64,000 nt of DNA, from the NCBI GenBank assembly GCA_963847705.1, contig CAWKBC010000008.1:71593-135592 (forward strand). Reading direction: 5' to 3'. This document shows, in pieces, positions 56,634 to 64,000 of the stretch; positions within the stretch are counted from its first letter, which is position 1; every line of letters starts with the position of its first letter. The position numbers were made by a program, and so were the translations under genes. The stretch is from an uncultured Pseudomonadota bacterium (GTDB lineage Bacteria > Myxococcota_A > Polyangia > Fen-1088). The notes beneath the pieces were generated by a model that searched no databases, was not told the DNA's origin, and saw nothing but the letters and a program-made list of their open reading frames with translations.

Positions 56634-57872
56634 ATGCTGACTTATTCAAGAATTTCGAAGGCGTTAGGTGTACTTTTCGCAATCGCCGTTCTGACCGCCG
56701 GCGCCTGCGGAAGCAAGTCGGAGTCGTCGGACGCCGGTTGCCAGACCGGTGCAGAGAGCTGCTCCTGCCTCTCGAATGGCGGCTGCGATGATGGGCTGAT
56801 CTGCGCGACCAACCTGAATCAGTGCGTCCGCCTGGCAGGGACCAGCACGGGGGGCGCCACCGGCACAGGCGGCACGACCGCCAGCGGCGGCACCGGAGGC
56901 ACGCCCGGCGCCGGCGGTACCACCGGCACCGGCGGCGGCAACGAGACCGGCAGCGCCGGGCGCGGCGGCACCACCGGCACCGGGGGCAATGGGACGTCGG
57001 GCGGCGCCGGGCGCGGCGGCACCACGGGCACCGGAGGCAACGGGACGTCCGGCAGCGCCGGCCGCGGCGGCACCACCGGCACGGGTGGCAACGGAGCCGG
57101 CGGAACGGCCACCGGTGGAGCGACCGGCACCGGTGGGTCGGCCACCGGCGGGGCGCTCGGTACCGGCGGGGTCACCTCGACGGCGTGCAGCCTCACCAAT
57201 CACAGCGGGAGCGGCTCGTTCACCTATTACTGGTTTGGCCAGGGGACGGCCAAGGACGGCAGCGGCTACCGGACCGCCTGCGGCTATTACGGGACCGAGA
57301 GCGGGATGGTCGACACCGTCCAGAACATCGCGATGTCGAGCCCCGCCAGCAACACCTACTTCGCCGCGATCCCCGGCCAGAACGGGTTCGATTCCAAGAG
57401 CAACTGCGGCGCCTGCGTGCAGATCACCGGTCAGAACGGCAAGCAGGTGATCGCCACCATCATCGATGAGTGTCCCTACGGCAGCGACGGAAGCAACTCC
57501 GCCTGCGCCGCGAACCCCAGCGGCCACCTCGATCTCAGCTACAACGTGTTCAACCAGCTGGGGTACTCGACGGGCAACCCCTCGGGGACCAACTGGAAGT
57601 TCGTCCCCTGCCCGGTGACCGGCAACATCGTGGTGCGAGTGAAGCCAAACAACCCCAACGAGATCTTCATCGAGAACACGATCTTGGCGATCACCGGGGT
57701 GCAGGGAGCCTCCCGCACGTCGTACGGCACCTGGCACTTCGGGAGCAACCTCTCCTCGGGTCAGTCGCTTCAGCTCACCGACGCCGCGAACCGCACGCTG
57801 TCCGTGCAGCTGTCGAGCACCAGCCAGGGTCAGAACCAGGACACCGGCAAGCAGTTCCCCGCCTGCCAGTGA
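56634..57872 (+). CDS. Expansin-like (DPBB plus CBM63-like) lipoprotein with Cys-rich N-module and Gly/Thr linker
   Basis: Lipobox AGAC; TACG, YFAAI, CGACVQI, IIDECP, HLDLS, WKFVPCP. Confidence 0.8.
   Translation: MLTYSRISKALGVLFAIAVLTAGACGSKSESSDAGCQTGAESCSCLSNGGCDDGLICATNLNQCVRLAGTSTGGATGTGGTTASGGTGGTPGAGGTTGTGGGNETGSAGRGGTTGTGGNGTSGGAGRGGTTGTGGNGTSGSAGRGGTTGTGGNGAGGTATGGATGTGGSATGGALGTGGVTSTACSLTNHSGSGSFTYYWFGQGTAKDGSGYRTACGYYGTESGMVDTVQNIAMSSPASNTYFAAIPGQNGFDSKSNCGACVQITGQNGKQVIATIIDECPYGSDGSNSACAANPSGHLDLSYNVFNQLGYSTGNPSGTNWKFVPCPVTGNIVVRVKPNNPNEIFIENTILAITGVQGASRTSYGTWHFGSNLSSGQSLQLTDAANRTLSVQLSSTSQGQNQDTGKQFPACQ
56949..57095 (+). repeat. About three copies of a 51-bp coding tandem repeat (GSAGRGGTTGTGGNGTS)
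   Basis: Units begin at 56949, 57000 and 57051. Confidence 0.85.
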
Positions 57873-58130
57873 CCTCGCTCGGCGCCGCGAGCGACATCGC
57901 TGTCGGCGCGGCCCGGCTCAGCGCGCGACTCTGACGTTCAGCGGACCTGTCTGCCCGATCGGCGCGCCTCGGTTTGCGATTTCCATTCCCGCAACGTGCG
58001 GCGGGACCTCTCCTTGCCGGCAACCCCGTCTGGATCGCGGTCCCCAGAACCCCCCTCCAAACATCGTTACAGCACTGGCACGCAGAACAGTGCCCCCCAT
58101 TACGCGAACGTGCGATAAAATACCATCGTC

Positions 58131-60458
58131 GTGGACGTTCGGTTTCTTCGAAGCTTGTGTCGGAGGGTCACCCCGGCCTCGTTGCGGGTCGGGAGCAAGG
58201 AGGCCCGTCGTCACACCTTCCTCGTCGGCTTGACCCGCAAAAGTGGAGGTCTGGTGCTCGCCCTCGGTCCGGTGCCGAGCTGCCCTCCGGGCCCTACACG
58301 GGCCGTGGTCGATTTCTCCGATGGTGCTGGACGCGAATTCTGGTTGGCCGGCCTGTTGACCCAGGCCGCCGACGGGGCCGCCGAGCTGTTGGTCGAGTCG
58401 GAGCCGGCCCAGCGCCCCTCTCGCTCCGCCCGGCTGACGCCCGCCGCCGATGTCGCCTTCGCCATCTGCGTGGTCGAGGTCGAGGGGGGCGGGCGACACT
58501 GTTATCCGATCCTGGACATCGGCGTGCGCGGGTTCCGGGTGGAGACCAGCGCGCCGATCGCCCTGGGGACGGTGCTGGGGGACCTCATCGTGCTCTACCG
58601 GCGTGAGGTCCTCCGCAGCGGCGAGGGGGTGGTCACCAGCTGCACGCCGGCGCTCTATCCAGACGGACGGCTGGTCTACGAATGCGGCGTCCGTCATCGG
58701 AGCGCCGGGAGGACCCGGATCGATCCGGTGATGAGCGACCGCACCGAGCGCAACGACCGGGTCGAGATCGACGACATCTCGCGCGTGCGCGCCATCCTCT
58801 GGGCGCTCTGCGATCTGGGGTACGAGGTGGCGGTGTCAGGACCGACCGGGGTGGTCAAGGGACGGATGTTGCAGCAAGGGGCCATCGATCGCACCCGGGT
58901 GCCCGAGCTGCGCTGCCGGGTCCGGGACGCCGACCGCCTCCCCCTGCGGTCGGGCGCGGTGACGGTGGAGTGCTCGCTGTTCGGCAGCGGCTACCGTTTT
59001 TACGCGCGCATCACCGAGCGCAAGGGGGACGTCCTCACGCTCTCGCCCTCTCCCAAGCTGCGCGAATGGCACCGCCGGAGCGAGGAGCGAACCCCGCTGG
59101 GCCCGCAGAGCGGCGCCATCGTCAGCTACCGTCACGCCCTGACCGGCGCGCGCCGCGTGCACCCGCTGGTCGATCTCTCTTCGCACGGATTCTCTTTTCC
59201 GCCCGGCGCCAGCGACGAGGAGCTGTGGCCCGGGCTGCCGCTCAAAGAGGTAAGGATTCAGCTCGGCACCTTCGCCTTCAAGGCCCCGGAGGCGGCGGTC
59301 CGCTCGGTGTCGCCGAGCCGGGTGAGCGCCGAGATGCGCGCCCTGCCCGACCGCGAGGCCGATCTGATGCGGGAGCAGCTGATCGAGCACGGCCCGGAGT
59401 CGGTGCGATTTCACGACGGCCGGGAGTTCGACCAGCTGGTCGCCTTCCATCGCTCGATGAACCTCCTCGAGCACGACATGGAGGCCAACCTGGCGGCGAC
59501 GTTCGACGAGACCCGCCGCACCTGGCGGCTGGCCCACGATCGTTCGGCTCGATTGATGCGGACGGCGATCGTCCCCTGGCGTGGCGGCGTCGGCGCCGCG
59601 CTCACTTCAGTGCGCGCCTACGAACGAACCTGGGTCTTTCAGCACAGCGCCGTGGCCTCCGGCGCGGTGCCCGCCGGTGCCGGGCAGCTGCATGGCATCT
59701 TGATGCGCCTCGCCGCCCATCGCCGCGACGGCGAGTACATCGCCGGCGCCATCGACGCCAGCGCCAGGACGATGCACGGCCTGGTCAGCTCGTTCTTCGC
59801 GCAGTCTGCGCCGGCGCACCGGGGCGCCATGCGGCTGACCCTCTACGCGGCGCCGGCGCGGCCGGAAGCAGGGCGCGACGGCGAGGCCCCCCTAGACCGC
59901 TGCATCCGACCTTTGCGCGGACGCGACGAGAGCCTGGTCGAGCACGTGGGCGCGCGCCAGCTCGATCCGGTCTGCGCGCGCGCGCTCAGCCTGCGCGCAG
60001 GCGAGATCGAGCTTCCCGAGACGCAGGCCGCCTACGCCAAGATCGGGCTCGAGCGCCGGCGAGAGGCGTTCGGCGCCTTCTCGGGCGACCAGTGCGTGGC
60101 CGTCCTGCTGCAAGAGACCGCCTCGCCCGGGCTCTGTTTGAGCGGGCTCATGTCCGCGTCCTTTCTGCTGCCGGTCCTGCAGGGCGCCGATCCCGACGGC
60201 GCCAAACAGCTGGCGCTCTGCGACCTGGCGCGGGCGGCGCGCGTGCCCGGCGATCCGCCCAACCGCTTCCTGTTCGTCCCCGAAAACACCGACCACGGAC
60301 CGGTGCTGGCATCCGGGTGGAGGCCGATCGGTCAATGCACCTATTTCGCCCTGCATCGCCTGGGGATCGTCGAGTACCAGCGCTACATCGCCGACAAGTA
60401 CGGCCTCCTGCAAGCGCGCCTTCGCCGGCGGGCGACGCACCTGCCGGAGGCCGCCTGA
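58131..60458 (+). CDS. Multi-PilZ-domain protein with an uncharacterised (possibly GNAT-like) C-terminal half
   Basis: Intact PilZ motifs RSEER (RxxxR) and DLSSHG (DxSxxG); an upstream degenerate copy (DIGVRG); C-domain AALTSVRAYERTWVFQHSA. Confidence 0.7.
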   Translation: MDVRFLRSLCRRVTPASLRVGSKEARRHTFLVGLTRKSGGLVLALGPVPSCPPGPTRAVVDFSDGAGREFWLAGLLTQAADGAAELLVESEPAQRPSRSARLTPAADVAFAICVVEVEGGGRHCYPILDIGVRGFRVETSAPIALGTVLGDLIVLYRREVLRSGEGVVTSCTPALYPDGRLVYECGVRHRSAGRTRIDPVMSDRTERNDRVEIDDISRVRAILWALCDLGYEVAVSGPTGVVKGRMLQQGAIDRTRVPELRCRVRDADRLPLRSGAVTVECSLFGSGYRFYARITERKGDVLTLSPSPKLREWHRRSEERTPLGPQSGAIVSYRHALTGARRVHPLVDLSSHGFSFPPGASDEELWPGLPLKEVRIQLGTFAFKAPEAAVRSVSPSRVSAEMRALPDREADLMREQLIEHGPESVRFHDGREFDQLVAFHRSMNLLEHDMEANLAATFDETRRTWRLAHDRSARLMRTAIVPWRGGVGAALTSVRAYERTWVFQHSAVASGAVPAGAGQLHGILMRLAAHRRDGEYIAGAIDASARTMHGLVSSFFAQSAPAHRGAMRLTLYAAPARPEAGRDGEAPLDRCIRPLRGRDESLVEHVGARQLDPVCARALSLRAGEIELPETQAAYAKIGLERRREAFGAFSGDQCVAVLLQETASPGLCLSGLMSASFLLPVLQGADPDGAKQLALCDLARAARVPGDPPNRFLFVPENTDHGPVLASGWRPIGQCTYFALHRLGIVEYQRYIADKYGLLQARLRRRATHLPEAA

Positions 60459-61267
60459 TGGCGGACGGCGGCAGCTACCGTGCGGCCAGCGCCGCCGTGG
60501 TCGAGAGCGAGACGGATCGCTTGCGCCGGCAGGCGGCCGCGGTCTGGACCCGCGAGCGGGCGGCGCTCGGCCGCATCGGCCTTGCGTCCGGACAGCGCCT
60601 GCTCGACCTCGGGTGTGGCCCCGGGGGAATGCTGGAGCGTCTGGCCCCCGATCTCGGCTGCGCGCCCTTCGGCGCCGACCTCAATCAAGGCTTGCTCCGA
60701 AACGCCCCGGCCGGACAGGTCGTGCGCGCCGACGGCGCCCGGCTCCCCTTTCAGGCCGGCGTCTTCGACTTCGTCCTCATCCGACTGGTGCTTCGCCACA
60801 CCCCGGCCCGGGAGCGGCTGATTCAGGAGGCGGCGCGCGTGCTTCGGGCCGGCGGGATCGTGTGCGCGGTCGACGTCGACGAGGCGGCGACCGCCTTCGA
60901 TCCCGAGCCGCCGTCGTGGCCGGCGCTCAAGGCGGCGCTGGCGGCGTCCGCCGTTCGCCGCGGCGGCGATCCGCTGGTGGGGCGCAAGCTCCACCGGCTG
61001 CTGGTGGCGGCCGGTCTCGTCGACGTCACCACCATCGGGCTCCCGGTCAGCTCGGACGATCTGCCGCCGCCAGCCTTCGTGGAGACGATGCTGGCGCCCG
61101 CGGCGCGGCAGATCGACGCCGATTTGCTGGACGGCCCGGCGGTGCAACGGGGGTGGGACGAGCTTCGCGCCTGGGCTACCGGCGGCGGCGGATTCGGCTA
61201 CGCTCTCGGGTGGATGGCTGGCGCGAGGAAACCGGATGGCTGGGACGACGCCCGCGCTCGCCCATGA
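60458..61267 (+). CDS. Class I SAM-dependent methyltransferase
   Basis: TGATG coupling; ETDRLRRQA, LLDLGCGPG, ADGARLPF...FDFV, RVLRAGG. Confidence 0.88.
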   Translation: MADGGSYRAASAAVVESETDRLRRQAAAVWTRERAALGRIGLASGQRLLDLGCGPGGMLERLAPDLGCAPFGADLNQGLLRNAPAGQVVRADGARLPFQAGVFDFVLIRLVLRHTPARERLIQEAARVLRAGGIVCAVDVDEAATAFDPEPPSWPALKAALAASAVRRGGDPLVGRKLHRLLVAAGLVDVTTIGLPVSSDDLPPPAFVETMLAPAARQIDADLLDGPAVQRGWDELRAWATGGGGFGYALGWMAGARKPDGWDDARARP

Positions 61268-62819
61268 GCTGAGCTGCCGCTACGTCATCCCGCTGCTCGA
61301 CCTGGCGGATGCGGAAGGGCGGTCCTCTGGCGTCGACGACCTGCTGGCGCGCTGGAGCGTGACGCGGGCCGAGCTGCGGGACGAGTCGAACTGGGTCTCG
61401 CTGCGCTTCTGCGAGGATCTGGTCGACTGGATGGGGGGAGAGCTAGGCCCCGATCGGCTGGCGGAGAGCATCACCCGCGCGGTCTACGCGCCCCGAGCGC
61501 TGGGGGTCATGTACCCGGTGTTGCGGGCGTTCGGCTCGCCGCGCGTCGGATACGGCGCCCTCGCCCAGCTCGTTCCGCGGATGAACAAGGTCAGCGCGGT
61601 GGCCGTGGCCCGCGTGCGGCGGGGCGCCGCCGAGATCACCTACCGTCCGGCCTCCGCCGATCACAAGGAGCACTCGCCCCTCATCTGCCTGCTGCGCAAG
61701 GCGCAGATCGCTGCCGGGCCGACGCTCTGGAGGCTCCCCGCCGCGCGCGTCGAGGAGAGCGAGTGCCAGGTGCGGGGCGGCGAGGCCTGCCGTTACAGCG
61801 TCCGCTGGGTCGAGCGGGCGTCGATCCGGGGGTTGCTGCTGGGCCTCCTGGCCGGGGGCGCCATCGCCGTCGCCCAGGTGCACGGCGTCTGGGCGGCGCT
61901 GGTCGCGCTCTGCGCCGGAGGCGGGCTGGGACGCATCGTCGATCTGCGCGCGCACGGGCGCGAGCTGCAGGCCTTCGTCGGGGAGCACACGCTGGCGCTG
62001 ACCGCCGCGCTCGACACCACCGAACGCCGCTTCGTCGAGCTGCAGAAGGCGAAGGCCGAGGTCGACGCGCGCGTCGAGCAGCGGACCGCCGAGCTGCGCA
62101 CCGCCACCGAGAAGCGGGTTCACACCGAGAAGCTGGCGGTGCTGGGAACGCTGGCGGCCGGCCTGGCGCACGAGGTGCGCAATCCTGCCAACGCCATCGT
62201 CAACGGCCTGCGCCCGGTGCATCGCTATCTGAAGGAGCTGCAAGGCGATCCCGACTACCTGACCTCGGTGCAGATTGCGATCGACGCGGGCGATCAGATT
62301 GCTCGACTGGTCGGCGATCTGCTGGACGTCGGACGGGGCGATCGGGGGATCGAGCCGTGGGATCCGCACCAGGGGATCGAGGCCGCCATCCGGCTGCTCT
62401 CCCACCGGACGCAGCACGTCTCGTTCGATCGGGACTTCCAATTTCACGGCGAGATCCTGGGGCGGCCGCCGGCGCTCAACCAGATCTTCCTGAACCTGTT
62501 CGACAACGCCCTGCGCGCGGCCGGCGAAGGCGGGCGGGTCCGCGTCGCCTCGCGGCCCGACCGGGAGGGGGTCGAGATCACGATCGCCGACAACGGCCCG
62601 GGAATCCCGCCCGATCTCGCCCAGCGCATCTTCGATCCGTTCTTCACCACCCGCGAAATCGGCGAGGGGACTGGCCTGGGGCTCCATTTCAGCCGGCAAG
62701 TCGCGTACGATCACGGCGGTTCCTTGGATCTGATCAATGCACCTGGATGGGGCGCCTGCTTCAAGCTGTGGCTCCCGGGCCCCGGCCCGAACAATCGCCC
62801 GGAGATGACGCGATCGTGA
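61236..62819 (+). CDS. Sensor histidine kinase with N-terminal V4R/H-NOX-like domain and two TM helices
   Basis: NWVSLRF...IC...ECQVRGGEACRYSVRW; H-box EKLAVLGTLAAGLAHEVRNP; NLFDNA, DNGPGI, FDPFFTT, GTGLGL. Confidence 0.9.
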   Translation: MAGTTPALAHELSCRYVIPLLDLADAEGRSSGVDDLLARWSVTRAELRDESNWVSLRFCEDLVDWMGGELGPDRLAESITRAVYAPRALGVMYPVLRAFGSPRVGYGALAQLVPRMNKVSAVAVARVRRGAAEITYRPASADHKEHSPLICLLRKAQIAAGPTLWRLPAARVEESECQVRGGEACRYSVRWVERASIRGLLLGLLAGGAIAVAQVHGVWAALVALCAGGGLGRIVDLRAHGRELQAFVGEHTLALTAALDTTERRFVELQKAKAEVDARVEQRTAELRTATEKRVHTEKLAVLGTLAAGLAHEVRNPANAIVNGLRPVHRYLKELQGDPDYLTSVQIAIDAGDQIARLVGDLLDVGRGDRGIEPWDPHQGIEAAIRLLSHRTQHVSFDRDFQFHGEILGRPPALNQIFLNLFDNALRAAGEGGRVRVASRPDREGVEITIADNGPGIPPDLAQRIFDPFFTTREIGEGTGLGLHFSRQVAYDHGGSLDLINAPGWGACFKLWLPGPGPNNRPEMTRS

Positions 62820-63976
62820 GCGCGACCTCGGCCCCTCCCGGCGTGAACCTTCCGCACTCGGCCGTCCTCTATGTCGACGACGACGCGCGCAACCTGCACG
62901 CCTTCCGTCTGGGGTTCAAGAATCGGTTCCGCGTGGTCACCGCCAGCTCGGGACGCGAGGCGCTGGAGGTCCTGGCGCGCGAGCCGGTGGCGGTGCTGCT
63001 CTCCGATCAGCGGATGCCGGAGATGACGGGCTCCGAGCTGTGCGCGACGGTCAAGCAGCGGTTCCCCGACGTCATTCGCATGATCCTCACGGCCTACTCG
63101 GACATCGGCTCGGTCGTCGAGGCGATCAACGGCGGCCAGGTCAGCCGCTACTTCATCAAGCCCTGGCGCGAAGAGGAGCTGGCCGACGCCATCCGGGCCG
63201 GCATCGACGCCTTCCAGCTGGTGACGGTGACGCGCGATCTGCAGATCCGGCTCCTCCAGCAGGAGCAGCAGTCGACCACCACCTACCTGCTCGGGCGGAT
63301 CCTGCACGAGGTGGTGTCACCGGCGATCGGAATCCGCGACAACTTGGGCTTCGTCGTCGACGGCGTCACCCAGCTGGCCCGGATGGCGGCCGCCTCCGAT
63401 CCGGACGTCCCGCGCGTGGCCAGCGACCTCGTGCCGGCGCTCACCGACGCGCACGACTCGGCCATCGATCTGGTCGGGCGGATCGAGCAGTTCCGCCAGG
63501 GTGAGGCGCCGCTCGCCTCGCACGACGGCGGGACCAGCCTCGATCGCGCCATCCAGACGGCGGCGGGGATCGTCCGCCCGCGGATCAGCGAGCGCGCGCG
63601 CCTGATTCTCGACACCTCCCACAAGGCCTTCGTCCGGGGCGAGCCGACCCAGCTGACCCAGGTCATCGTCAACCTGCTCCTCAACGCCTACGAGGCGATC
63701 GAGCCGGGCGCGCCGGAGAAGAATCAGATCACGGTGACGACGCTGGTCAAGGCCGATCGTTGCGGCTTCGTCGTGGAGGACACCGGCCGCGGCATCTCCG
63801 AGGAGGTGGCGGCCCGCATCTTCGAGCCGTTCTTCTCGACCAAGAAGGGCGGCGCCAACACCGGCCTCGGGCTGCCGATCGTCCACGAGATCATCGAGCG
63901 GCTGGGCGGCACGATCGAGCTCGATCGCGCCAGCCGCGGCACCCGCTTCTACGTCGAGCTGCCCCGCGCAGGGTGA
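62816..63976 (+). CDS. Hybrid response regulator/histidine kinase (REC-HisKA-HATPase)
   Basis: GTGA overlap; LYVDDD, LLSDQRMP, FIKPW; ILHEVVSP, NLLLNA, DTGRGI, FEPFFSTK, TGLGL. Confidence 0.9.
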   Translation: MSATSAPPGVNLPHSAVLYVDDDARNLHAFRLGFKNRFRVVTASSGREALEVLAREPVAVLLSDQRMPEMTGSELCATVKQRFPDVIRMILTAYSDIGSVVEAINGGQVSRYFIKPWREEELADAIRAGIDAFQLVTVTRDLQIRLLQQEQQSTTTYLLGRILHEVVSPAIGIRDNLGFVVDGVTQLARMAAASDPDVPRVASDLVPALTDAHDSAIDLVGRIEQFRQGEAPLASHDGGTSLDRAIQTAAGIVRPRISERARLILDTSHKAFVRGEPTQLTQVIVNLLLNAYEAIEPGAPEKNQITVTTLVKADRCGFVVEDTGRGISEEVAARIFEPFFSTKKGGANTGLGLPIVHEIIERLGGTIELDRASRGTRFYVELPRAG

Positions 63977-64000
63977 TTCCCCGCTAAAACAGCGCAGCCA

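Noticed and set aside
58070-58095. TGGCACG as a sigma-54 promoter upstream of the PilZ operon
   Set aside because: No TTGC/GC at the required -12 spacing; it sits inside a small GCACTG...CAGTGC inverted repeat instead.
1-64000. Many long Arg/Pro/Ala-rich ORFs in the track (e.g. 2014..4005, 20951..23521, 31906..34572, 34965..37703, 38012..40507, 52227..54644)
   Set aside because: They are antisense or off-frame shadows of motif-supported genes, expected in high-GC DNA where stop codons are rare.
1-64000. Mobile elements, tRNA/rRNA genes or anti-phage defence genes
   Set aside because: No transposase, integrase, phage, nuclease or structural-RNA signature was recognised, and composition looks uniform by eye; small ncRNAs cannot be excluded without a covariance search.

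Overview
High-GC, gene-dense bacterial DNA. MYXO-CTERM sorting tails, Gly/Thr-linker lipoproteins and the ECF sigma/anti-sigma pairs point to a myxobacterium (Myxococcota, probably Polyangia-like; inferred). About 58 protein-coding genes are supportable. I saw no rRNA, tRNA, CRISPR array or transposase. Main modules: (1) a radical SAM/SPASM enzyme translationally coupled to a Zn-ribbon/lipobox protein carrying two xYGxP motifs, a candidate splicease system for a surface lipoprotein; (2) an ECF sigma/anti-sigma module beside a GH5-like glycanase and a lyase-like lipoprotein; (3) a hexuronate-to-pentose-phosphate cluster (uxuB, LarA-type epimerase, PfkB kinase, gnd, uxaE, zwf, rpiA, HAD); (4) an Rrf2-headed sulfate uptake operon lacking cysA; (5) a tandem vWA-like polyprotein with an internal MYXO-CTERM; (6) a Fur-boxed iron operon (bfd, di-heme protein, imelysin, two cytochrome P460-like lipoproteins around a beta-barrel) divergent from bfr; (7) a NikR, TonB-dependent receptor, TonB nickel locus ending in an internally deleted NiCoT; (8) a PilZ-containing protein, methyltransferase, V4R-like kinase and hybrid kinase operon. 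Many genes show a TANNNT element 6-9 nt before the start codon, suggesting leaderless transcripts. Family names come from motif recognition and memory, not from database searches.
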